NCBI GenBank assembly: GCA_014382585.1
Contig: JACNJL010000018.1
Coordinates: 22,217 to 86,216, forward strand
Source of the DNA: Limisphaerales bacterium
Lineage (GTDB): Bacteria > Verrucomicrobiota > Verrucomicrobiia > Limisphaerales > UBA1100
DNA length: 64,000 nucleotides
Direction: 5' to 3'
Part shown: positions 45,126-53,625 of the stretch, piece after piece
Position numbering within the stretch: position 1 is the stretch's first letter
Layout of the letters: each line of letters starts with the position of its first letter
Program-made: the position numbers and the translations under genes
The notes under the pieces: model-generated
What the model saw: the letters and a program-made list of their open reading frames with translations, nothing else
Database searches by the model: none
Told to the model about the DNA's origin: nothing

Positions 45126-48100
45126 CTAATTCTTCACCGATAGCTTGTGGCTGGCGGAGTGGCTGTTGAATTCAGGCGCGTAGAGGCATTGAATGTTGGC
45201 GATGCCGCTTTGATATTGGCCTTTGTGCTGCACACGGATGTTGTACTCGAAGACGTAAACGCCTTTGGGTAGGTAGTCGATGTAGAAGTGCGAGGCGGTG
45301 TCGCGGGTCATGTGGTAGTACCCGAGGCCGTCTTGATACTTGTAGTTGCTGAGCACGTTGGTGGGCTCGGTGCCGCTGCCGCGTTGGTCTTTCATGTGGA
45401 CATATTCCATATCGCGATCGGTGCGGAGTACGAGGCGCACGACCAGTTCATCACCACTTTTGAGGCCGCCGCTGATGGGTTTGAGCTGCGGGCCTTTCGG
45501 GGTGTTGACCTTGGTGAAGAGCTGCTTGGTGAGCTTCAGCGGGGTGTCTTCGTGCGGGGTGACTTTGGAAATGTCTTCCATGTATTGCCAGTGCACGCTG
45601 CCCCACGCGACGCCTTCGTCATGTTTGGTGAGCTTGATGTTTCCGTAGCTGGGCTTCACGTCGCTTCCGAGGAACCGATGCTCGTAAAAGCCGGTGCCGG
45701 CTTCGACGTTCTTGGGCTCGATCTTGTGGTCGCCCACGGTGACTTCTACGAGCGCATCGCTGATGAGCGGGTTGGCGCCTTGCAGCAGCAGCGCGTAGCA
45801 CGCGTCGGCGGTGGCTTTGGTGGTCTTCCAATCCTGCGTTTGCTTTTGCTTGAGCAGCCAAACTTTGGCGTCCTCGAGCGCATCGAAATCCTGCGTCACT
45901 TCGTGGAAGGCTTCGATCATCATCGCCTGCGTTTCGATGGGTGCGCGGTACCACCAATGGCTGTGCTCGAGATCGCGCCAGAAGAGCCCCATTTCCTCAT
46001 TGGACACGGAGCGTTCCTTGATGGATTTAATGATGAGCTTGGCGAGTCCGTTGTAGTTTGCTTTTTTCTGGAATTTGCCGATGCGATCCATCGCGATGGC
46101 CACTTGCGCCTGATTCATTCGCGGCAAGCGCAGGAAGTATTGCGTGCCGTCTTTCTCAGTTTTTACCGCTTGATTGATGAAGTATTCGATGGCCACACGA
46201 TGTTGTGCGGCGATGGGGCGGTCTTTCAGGAAGAAGGAGCGGCAATAGAGATACTGCGCGATTATTGAGGACAGGTTGTTGCGTTCGAGGTTGCCGTGTT
46301 TTTTGATCTCGAGGTAGGTGCGATGGATCCAATTGTCGAGGCGGTTGACGGCTTTGATGGCCATGTTCGCATCGATATCCACATTCATCGCGCGCATCCG
46401 GCCGAAGCCGGTGGTGATGTAGAGCGTGATGTAATCGCTGGGACGCCCGCCGGGCATCCACGGCCACGCGCCGTCGGCAAACTGGGTTTCGCGCAGCTTA
46501 CGGATGGACATTTGCGTTTCGGCGGTGAGGCGTTTGTCCTCGAAGAGAATGCCCACATTGCGGCGCGCCTGACTTTCACTTTTGGCTTGGCGCAGCCACG
46601 GGGTTTCTTCGAGCATCACGGATTTGAGGTCCTGATTTTTCTCCAACGGGCTATCGAGCGCCGGTGTATTGCGCCATTGATCAAACACGCCGCGGATGCG
46701 CGGATCGCTGTTGGCGATGTGGCGCGCGAGGCCGTTGGCGTACAAGCGCGTAAAGGTGCTCATGGTGCTGGGGTGGGGGCTCTCCATTAGGTACGGCAGC
46801 GCCATCACCGCGTACCAGTTGGGGTTGGAAACCATTTGCACGGTGTAACGCTCGTGCTTGATGGTATCGCTCGCGCCGGAGCCGATGAGTTTGCCGAACT
46901 TGAATTCCTTGGTCTTCGCGCCGCGAATGGGGAGCGGCAGGCTTTCGGTCACAAAGATGCGGCGGCTGAGTACGGGCAGGAAGCCTTGCTCGCCATCGGT
47001 GACGGTGTCCGTGCCGCCCACGGCTTTGTAAGTGAGGAAGCCGAGGTCATCCGGCACGGTGATGCGCCAGCTGTACGTTTTACTTTGCTTGGCGGGCACG
47101 ATGAATTTCTGATCGAGATCGGCATTGCCGAGTTGATCATCGACCGGATCATTCGTGAGCGCGTCGGCGAAGGTAAGGCGCACTTTGCCGGTGGCCTCTT
47201 TGTCGGTCATATTGCTGACCTTCACGGTGAACTCCAGTTGATCGCCCTCGCGCAGGAAACGCGGTGGGTTAGGCTGCACCATAATATCCTTGGCGGTCAC
47301 CGTGCTGCCGCTGAGGAAACCGCTGCGTAATTCGTTGTCGTGCGTGAAGCCCATAAACTTCCATTTAGTGAGTGCCTCGGGCATGGAGAATTCCAAACGT
47401 ACCTCGCCTTTTTTATTGGCCACAATGTGCGGCATAAAAAAGGCGGTTTCGTTGAGGTTTTTACGGGCGGTCACTTGGTCGAGGTTCGGCCCAGTGGAGG
47501 CTGCGCCTCCGCCTTCGTCCTTGGCTTCTTTGTCACGCTTTTTATCTGCAAAGCCGCCGCCGGCGCCTTCCATCGCGGCGCCATCAGCTTCGGCCATTCC
47601 GCCAGCGGCTTTGCGCATTGCCATTTGGGGGGCGGCTACGCCGGGTGCGCCCATTGCGGCATTCATCGCCATTTCCGGGCGCCCACCACGGAAGGCCGAC
47701 GCTCTCTTGGCGCCGTAGTAACCATAACCATAAAGATTTGCGGTGATTTCGCGGGGGAAGCTACGGTAGTTGTGGCTCACGTTGTGATGGCTGGGGCGGG
47801 TCCATTGGCCGTGCAGATGGTTGAGGCCTTTGGCGCTGTTTTCAAAACGTTGGCTCAACTGGGCGTAATCCTGCCGGAACACGTTGAGGTCCTGCTGCCA
47901 TTGGTGCGGTTTGAATTGGTCGAGGCTTTCGTCGTATAGCACGGCGGCCATTTCGGCGACGGCTTTTTCGGCGTTGGAACCGGTGATGACGGCGGTCCAT
48001 TTTTCCTTTTGGCCGGGCTGCAGTTTATCCGTGAAATGCTCCCACTTGACGGTGAGATTTTTATTGGTCCAGGGCACATTGATCTTGCGGCTGCTGAGGT

Positions 48101-51100
48101 ACGCGCGATTTTCACGCACCATCGTGACGTGTAGCGTGAAGCCGCCGCGCATCGCTTCGTTCACCGCTTGTTTGATGGCGAACTGTGTGAGGCCGCGTTC
48201 GGTCCAGAAGCTTTGGAGAATTTTGCGGCGATGTTCGATCTCGATGTACGCGCGGGCCTGGCCGTAGCCGCTGCCCCACAAGGCCATAAACTCGTTGCCC
48301 GGCTCGACGTTCCACGTGGGCGACTTGAGCACGTGCGGCACACGGATGCCGAGCTTTGCCGCTTGCGGGTTGAGTACTTGGATGGGGGAACGCGCGGTGA
48401 CTTTTTTGCCAAAGCGATCCTGTGTTTCGAGGATCACGCGGTACGCGCCTTCGTTGAGTTTGAAGTTAAAACTCGCTTGTCCGCTCGCGTCGGTGGTGAA
48501 GCCTTTTTCGGCGACGACCTTGCCGAGTTCCCACGAATTGACATTCGAAGAATCCGGCGCGGGCACAAACTCCGGCGCAAACCGGCCGTGACGATGAGGC
48601 ATCACGTGGCGCGGGTTGACGAGCTTGGCGCGCTCGACGTTGGCGGGTTGTTTCAGCGCGTACAATTTCAGGGTGCCTTCGGCGCGTTGGCCGATGCCGT
48701 CGAGTGACGTGGTGCTAATGCTAATCGCGGTGTCCTTGCCTTGCACCTGCCAATCGGCGGCGGACACGCTGGCTTTCAGCGCGGTGTAGCCGAGGTTGAT
48801 GGAGTGGCTGTCACTGCGGGTTTCGCCGGTGGTATCGGTGACGTCCGCGTGGATGGTGTAACGGAAGGTCGGCTCGTCCTTGGCCGCAACGCTGAGGTCC
48901 GGCTTGGCGATGAACTTCACATCAAACGCGCCATTGGCTTTGGTGGTGGCGGTGCCGTGAGCGATTTCCTGCGTCTTGCCCTGGGGCATGGGGCGCCACC
49001 AATAGTGCCAGCCCCACCACACGGGATAACGCACCTCGCGGACCACGCGCCATTTCACTTTCGCATCGTTGATGGCCGCGCCGGTGTAGCCGGTGGCCTT
49101 GCCGATGAGGGCGACTTCGCCGCTGAGTTTGCCAGCGGTTTGGGGGGCGTCGAGTTCCACTTGGAATTTGGGCCGCTTGTATTCCTCCACATTGATGGAA
49201 GCATTGCCGCGCGGGCCGGTGGTGACTTGCAAACTCATGTGACCCAGCACGCGATCGCGTGGGGCGGTGAACTTGCCGCTGAACGAGCCGTAATCATTGG
49301 CGCGATGTTGCTGGCGGGAAACCTCTTTGCCATTGCGATCGCGGAAGATGACCGTCACGAATGAATTCGGGATGGTGCGGTAGTTGTCGTTGTGTTGATC
49401 GACGTGAATGCAGAGGCCTTTGTATTCCACCGTTTGGCCGGGGCGATAGAGCGAGCGGTCGGTGAAAAAGATTGTGCGATCGTACGGGTTCGGATTGTGG
49501 ATGCGACCGTGGTTGTAATAATCATTCGCAGTGCTCAGCTGTTGGGCTCCTTTGCTGGCGAGTAGCAAGTAGCCACGCTGCACGGCGCGGAATTTGAAAT
49601 GGCCGTTGGCATCGGAAGTCGTCGGAGCCACTTCGGTGCGAACGTTATTGCGCTCGCGGAACCACGCGCGGATCTTGGCGTTGGCCACGGGCTCGCCGCT
49701 GTTGGCATCAAGCACAAATCCTTCCACAAGGCCATTGCCGCTGCGCTGGCGCATGACGATGCTGAGGTCGCTCGCCCAAAAGCTGGTGTAATAGCAGACG
49801 TTATTGGCGGCAGTGAAATTTTTGGTGTGGCTGCTGATGAGATAATAAAATCCTTCCGGCATTCCTTTGGGCGGTTTGATGGTCTTCACCGCTTCGTGAT
49901 AGTCGGTGGTGGGCGGCAGTTTGACGCTCCATTCTTTGATGACTTCCTTGCGGAGCAGAGCGGCGCGTTCGTTGTTGTCGAGCCAATTGGGGTTGCCGCG
50001 TTTGCGTTTCATGGCTGCTTCCCAATTCTCGGCCACGACACGGAAATGGATTTGGTCCACGTTGCGGTATTTAATCGTGATCTCGGATTGCGGATCATTC
50101 CAAACACGCTCGATGTTGACGTTGCTGCTCTTGGCCTCGATTTGGATAACGAGATTGTGGCACTGCGCGCCGCCGGGAGTTTTGGGAAATGCATTCGCGC
50201 CTTGGAGAGCGATCTTGCGGGCCTGCACTTTGTCGCCTTCCTGATCGAGCGATTGGGCGAGATGATAGCGGCCGCGGGCGGAGATGCGGTGGTCGGCCCA
50301 TTCGGCGATGAACCGTTTGAGCGCGGCGCGGTAGCGATCGTTTTTGGTTTCGCCGAAGGCTTTGTTTTTGCCGAAGTTAATGCGCGAAAGATCGGCATCA
50401 ATGTATGCGCTTTTGTCTTTGTCGTTTTTGTGGAACACAAGCAAGTCGCGGTAAAGATTCAATGCCTTGACCGTGCGGCTTTCGGTGTCGGTGGTCTTGA
50501 TTTGCCACGCCATGAATTTCGCAGCGGAGTCGAAGACCGGATCGGTGGCGCTCAGTTCAAATGCATCCTGCGCCTTGGCGCCGGCTTGTTCGCCGCTGCT
50601 GTAAAACTGCAGCGCGTTGTACACGAGAAAATCGTACATCGTGGGGCGGAAGCTATCGGGCGCCGTGCCTTTTTGCAGGAGCTCATTGTAATCGGCCACG
50701 GCGGTTTTTTGCAGAACCGTTTTGTGCGCGAGCGCTTTGGTGAATTGCTTGTCGATCTCCGTGAAAATGCGCGGGAGATCCCACGTCTCAAAATCTTTAC
50801 CATTCGCGCTGCCCGATTGGGTGCGTTGCACGAAGCGCCAGCGGTTTTGCTGGAAATAATGCCAGTACCAATTGGCGAGAATCGCCTCCATCACCGGCTT
50901 CATCGCGGCGGGCGCTTGGGTGATCTCGGCCTCCATCCGTCGAATTTTCTCCTGCGCTTTGTTGCCTTGGATGTTGCTCTCGAGCGCCATCTTTTTGCCA
51001 ATCGCCTTGATGGCCTCGGCGTAATCCTTGTCGCGCAAGGTCTGCGCGATGATCGGTTCCAGATGCGTGATGGCCGTTTTGGGCAGCCCCTTCTTGAGTG

Positions 51101-51215
51101 CGGCATCGTAGGCCTTCCAGTTTTGGGCTTTGGAGAGATTGGCGGGCGGATCCGCAGCATTGATGAGTGTGATAGCGACGACCACGAGGGCCAGAGAAGC
51201 AATGAGTTTTTTCAT
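45126..51215 (-). CDS. Giant secreted alpha-2-macroglobulin family protein (2029 aa) lacking the CxEQ thioester motif
   Basis: The signal peptide MKKLIASLALVVVAITLINA (start trimmed to the ATG at 51215). An MG-domain pattern RSLYRPGQTVEYKG. A2M-domain hallmark ETAFFMPHIVANKKGEVRLEFSMPEALTKWKFMGF. A TED-like region (QFADGAWPWMPGG). C-terminal GDELVVRLVLRTDRDMEYVHMKDQRGSGTEP. Confidence 0.85.
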   Translation of the reverse strand: MKKLIASLALVVVAITLINAADPPANLSKAQNWKAYDAALKKGLPKTAITHLEPIIAQTLRDKDYAEAIKAIGKKMALESNIQGNKAQEKIRRMEAEITQAPAAMKPVMEAILANWYWHYFQQNRWRFVQRTQSGSANGKDFETWDLPRIFTEIDKQFTKALAHKTVLQKTAVADYNELLQKGTAPDSFRPTMYDFLVYNALQFYSSGEQAGAKAQDAFELSATDPVFDSAAKFMAWQIKTTDTESRTVKALNLYRDLLVFHKNDKDKSAYIDADLSRINFGKNKAFGETKNDRYRAALKRFIAEWADHRISARGRYHLAQSLDQEGDKVQARKIALQGANAFPKTPGGAQCHNLVIQIEAKSSNVNIERVWNDPQSEITIKYRNVDQIHFRVVAENWEAAMKRKRGNPNWLDNNERAALLRKEVIKEWSVKLPPTTDYHEAVKTIKPPKGMPEGFYYLISSHTKNFTAANNVCYYTSFWASDLSIVMRQRSGNGLVEGFVLDANSGEPVANAKIRAWFRERNNVRTEVAPTTSDANGHFKFRAVQRGYLLLASKGAQQLSTANDYYNHGRIHNPNPYDRTIFFTDRSLYRPGQTVEYKGLCIHVDQHNDNYRTIPNSFVTVIFRDRNGKEVSRQQHRANDYGSFSGKFTAPRDRVLGHMSLQVTTGPRGNASINVEEYKRPKFQVELDAPQTAGKLSGEVALIGKATGYTGAAINDAKVKWRVVREVRYPVWWGWHYWWRPMPQGKTQEIAHGTATTKANGAFDVKFIAKPDLSVAAKDEPTFRYTIHADVTDTTGETRSDSHSINLGYTALKASVSAADWQVQGKDTAISISTTSLDGIGQRAEGTLKLYALKQPANVERAKLVNPRHVMPHRHGRFAPEFVPAPDSSNVNSWELGKVVAEKGFTTDASGQASFNFKLNEGAYRVILETQDRFGKKVTARSPIQVLNPQAAKLGIRVPHVLKSPTWNVEPGNEFMALWGSGYGQARAYIEIEHRRKILQSFWTERGLTQFAIKQAVNEAMRGGFTLHVTMVRENRAYLSSRKINVPWTNKNLTVKWEHFTDKLQPGQKEKWTAVITGSNAEKAVAEMAAVLYDESLDQFKPHQWQQDLNVFRQDYAQLSQRFENSAKGLNHLHGQWTRPSHHNVSHNYRSFPREITANLYGYGYYGAKRASAFRGGRPEMAMNAAMGAPGVAAPQMAMRKAAGGMAEADGAAMEGAGGGFADKKRDKEAKDEGGGAASTGPNLDQVTARKNLNETAFFMPHIVANKKGEVRLEFSMPEALTKWKFMGFTHDNELRSGFLSGSTVTAKDIMVQPNPPRFLREGDQLEFTVKVSNMTDKEATGKVRLTFADALTNDPVDDQLGNADLDQKFIVPAKQSKTYSWRITVPDDLGFLTYKAVGGTDTVTDGEQGFLPVLSRRIFVTESLPLPIRGAKTKEFKFGKLIGSGASDTIKHERYTVQMVSNPNWYAVMALPYLMESPHPSTMSTFTRLYANGLARHIANSDPRIRGVFDQWRNTPALDSPLEKNQDLKSVMLEETPWLRQAKSESQARRNVGILFEDKRLTAETQMSIRKLRETQFADGAWPWMPGGRPSDYITLYITTGFGRMRAMNVDIDANMAIKAVNRLDNWIHRTYLEIKKHGNLERNNLSSIIAQYLYCRSFFLKDRPIAAQHRVAIEYFINQAVKTEKDGTQYFLRLPRMNQAQVAIAMDRIGKFQKKANYNGLAKLIIKSIKERSVSNEEMGLFWRDLEHSHWWYRAPIETQAMMIEAFHEVTQDFDALEDAKVWLLKQKQTQDWKTTKATADACYALLLQGANPLISDALVEVTVGDHKIEPKNVEAGTGFYEHRFLGSDVKPSYGNIKLTKHDEGVAWGSVHWQYMEDISKVTPHEDTPLKLTKQLFTKVNTPKGPQLKPISGGLKSGDELVVRLVLRTDRDMEYVHMKDQRGSGTEPTNVLSNYKYQDGLGYYHMTRDTASHFYIDYLPKGVYVFEYNIRVQHKGQYQSGIANIQCLYAPEFNSHSASHKLSVKN

Positions 51216-51382
51216 AAGAACAGTTGATCCAGTTTTGCAACTAATGGGGGGTTGGACGGCACAAGGCTCAAGCTTACTCCGCCAAACGACTATATAGAAA
51301 GGGTAAGCAAAGTGAAGGCGATGGCAACTCCAAATGTAGCCCGGGCGGGTGGGTAGGGAGATTGAACCGTCAAGGCGCCAAG

Positions 51383-51545
51383 TGGGAATTCCCAATGACC
51401 AAAACCCAAAACCAAAGGAATGATCAATCACCAAGCCCCAGATTGGTTTTTGTGATTTGAGACTTCCTTGGGATTTGGTCATTGGGCCTTGGTGATTAAT
51501 CAATGATCATTGAAAATCCTATCTCTTGTGGGATTTGAGGTTCCT
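51383..51545. promoter_or_regulatory. Repeat-dense core of the A2M / MoxR divergent control region
   Basis: Palindromes tgggaattccca (51383-51394) and caatgatcattg (51501-51512). A 12-bp inverted repeat ccaatgaccaaa (51392-51403) / tttggtcattgg (51474-51485). A 17/19 inverted repeat tgatcaatcaccaagcccc (51421-51439) / gggccttggtgattaatca (51484-51502). Direct repeats of gatttgag..ttcct (51454-51468 and 51533-51545). Confidence 0.5.
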
Positions 51546-51616
51546 GATGATTTTGCGTTGCCTTGGGGGAGGTTTCCGCTAGGGTCGCCGTCCAACAACA
51601 GCACAGGTATATTTTT

Positions 51617-52687
51617 ATGCACAAACAAACCCTTCTTGACGCGGATGTCCCGAATTCTGGCGGTGGCATGAATCAGGTTTCTGACGAGGACAAAAAAGCG
51701 GTCGATCAACTGCGTGAGCAGTATGGCGGCATGCGGGCTGAGATGGCGAAGATCATTATTGGTCAGGATAAAGTGGTGGAGCAAATGCTCATCTGTATCC
51801 TCTCGCGCGGGCACAGCTTGTTGATGGGCGTGCCGGGCTTGGCGAAGACGTTGATGGTCAACTCGCTGTCCAAAATCATGAGCCTGCAGTTTAGCCGGAT
51901 TCAGTTCACGCCGGATTTAATGCCGAGTGATATTACGGGCACAGAGATTTTGCAGGAAGGCGAAGCGGGGCGTCGCGAGTTTGAATTCGTGAAGGGCCCG
52001 ATCTTTGCGAACATCGTGTTGGCGGATGAAATTAACCGGACGCCGCCGAAGACGCAGAGCGCGCTTTTGGAGGCGATGCAGGAGCATCGTGTGACCACCG
52101 GCGGCGAGCACCGTGCTTTGCCGCAGCCGTTCTTCGTGTTGGCCACGCAAAACCCAATCGAACAGGAGGGCACGTATCCATTGCCCGAGGCGCAGTTGGA
52201 CCGCTTTATGTTTCTCATCCAAGTGGATTATCCGAGCGTGGAAGAGGAGCGCCGCATTGCCCGCGAAACCACCGGCACACACACGGCAGATTTGACCGAG
52301 GTGATCGATGGCCCCACGCTGCAAACTTACCAAAGTCTTGTGGAGCGTGTGCCGGTACCGGATCACGTTTATGATGATGTGGTGGATATGGTGCGCCTGA
52401 CGCGGCCGAAGGCGGAAGACGCGCCCGAGTGGATTCAGAAATGGGTCACCTGGGGTTCCGGCCCGCGCGCGGTGCAGTATCTCGTCCGCGGTGCCAAAGC
52501 GCACGCGGTGTTGCAGGGACGTTATGTGGTCGGTTGGGAAGACGTGGAAGCGGTGGCGCACTCGGTGCTTTCCCATCGGATCCTCACCAACTTCCAGGCG
52601 CAAAGCGAAGGCGTGGACAGCGCGTTTGTCATCGATAAACTGCTCGAGAACATTGCCGACAAGGAAGCGGCAATGGCCACCCAGTAA
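51617..52687 (+). CDS. MoxR-family AAA+ ATPase
   Basis: IIGQDKVVEQMLICILSRGHSLLMGVPGLAKT (Walker A), ANIVLADEINRTPPKTQSALLEAMQE (Walker B / sensor) and FFVLATQNPIEQEGTYPLPEAQLDRF. An alternative start is the ATG at 51668. Confidence 0.9.
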   Translation: MHKQTLLDADVPNSGGGMNQVSDEDKKAVDQLREQYGGMRAEMAKIIIGQDKVVEQMLICILSRGHSLLMGVPGLAKTLMVNSLSKIMSLQFSRIQFTPDLMPSDITGTEILQEGEAGRREFEFVKGPIFANIVLADEINRTPPKTQSALLEAMQEHRVTTGGEHRALPQPFFVLATQNPIEQEGTYPLPEAQLDRFMFLIQVDYPSVEEERRIARETTGTHTADLTEVIDGPTLQTYQSLVERVPVPDHVYDDVVDMVRLTRPKAEDAPEWIQKWVTWGSGPRAVQYLVRGAKAHAVLQGRYVVGWEDVEAVAHSVLSHRILTNFQAQSEGVDSAFVIDKLLENIADKEAAMATQ

Positions 52688-52713
52688 ACCGGTTCCAAAC
52701 CGGCCCCACCATT

Positions 52714-53625
52714 TTGGAACAGGACGCTTACAGCGAAATTCTTGACGGTGATGTGCTTGGTCGCCTGAGCGGGCAATTTTTGCATGCGCGCCAGCCGATG
52801 GTGGGCAACATCGTCGGTCATCACAAAAGCCCGTACCGCGGCTCCAGCGTGGAGTTCGCCGAGTATCGCAAATATGTGCCGGGCGATGACCCGCGCCTGT
52901 TGGATTGGCGGGTGCTCGCGCGCACGGATCGCTACTTCATTCGCGAATTCGAGGCGGACACCAATTTGCGTTGCTATATCGTAGTGGACTGCAGCGCCAG
53001 TATGGCCTTCGGCGAAAAGGGGATGCGGAAATTCGACTACGCGCGCAAGATCGCCGCCACGCTGAGTTATATGCTTTCGCATCAAGGCGATGCGGTGGGC
53101 TTGCAGCTCTTCGATAACGGCGTGGCCTCGGACATCCCGCCGCGCCGGAACCCGCTGCACCTCAAGCACATCTTCGACACCTTGGCCAAAGCCAAGACAC
53201 AAAACGAAACCGGCCTCGTGCAGGAACTGCATCAATTCGCCGAACGCATTCGCCAACGCGCGTTGGTGATTATTATTTCTGATTGCTTCTGCGATGTGGA
53301 TGAGCTGCTCAACTGCTTTGAGCATTTGCATTTTCAGAAACACGACTTCGCGCTGTTCCATTTGCTGGATCCGTTGGAGCTGGATTTGGATCTCGACCGG
53401 CCTATTCGTTTTCAGGATATGGAAGGCAGCGACGTGTTGCTGGCTGAGCCGGAGATTATCCGTGAGCCGTACCTTGAGGCCGTGCAGGAATACCTCACCA
53501 AAATTCACGAAGGCTGCAACAAACACAACGCCGACTACCGGCGCGTGAGCACCGATCAACCCTATGACACCATCCTTGCCGACTTCCTGGTCGACCGCGA
53601 GATGCTCGCCAAAGGCCGCGCATGA
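52714..53625 (+). CDS. DUF58-domain protein (MoxR-associated, VWA-like fold)
   Basis: GHHKSPYRGSSVEFAEYRKYVPGDDPRLLDWRVLARTDRYFIREFE ... YIVVDCSASMAF is the canonical DUF58 pattern. The start is a TTG at 52714. A GTG at 52753 is an alternative. Confidence 0.85.
   Translation: MEQDAYSEILDGDVLGRLSGQFLHARQPMVGNIVGHHKSPYRGSSVEFAEYRKYVPGDDPRLLDWRVLARTDRYFIREFEADTNLRCYIVVDCSASMAFGEKGMRKFDYARKIAATLSYMLSHQGDAVGLQLFDNGVASDIPPRRNPLHLKHIFDTLAKAKTQNETGLVQELHQFAERIRQRALVIIISDCFCDVDELLNCFEHLHFQKHDFALFHLLDPLELDLDLDRPIRFQDMEGSDVLLAEPEIIREPYLEAVQEYLTKIHEGCNKHNADYRRVSTDQPYDTILADFLVDREMLAKGRA

Noticed and set aside
49599-51227. 542-aa + strand ORF, the longest of several (also 45288-46268, 46296-46790, 46836-47330, 47340-47939, 48168-48707 and 48741-49364), antisense to the A2M gene
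   Set aside because: These are shadow ORFs typical of G+C-rich coding DNA. Their translations are low-complexity and rich in R/G/A/L/V, with no recognisable motifs. The opposite frame carries clear A2M hallmarks along its full length.
51216-51503. 96-codon in-frame upstream extension of the A2M ORF (the track start at 51503)
   Set aside because: The extension (MINHQGPMTKSQGSLKSQ...) has no signal peptide or homology features and runs through the repeat-rich intergenic region. A canonical signal peptide MKKLIASLALVVVAITLINA begins at the ATG at 51215.
51500-51814. 104-aa minus-strand ORF spanning the MoxR start region
   Set aside because: It overlaps the MoxR 5' end in antisense and has no RBS, signal or motif. 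It is probably spurious.
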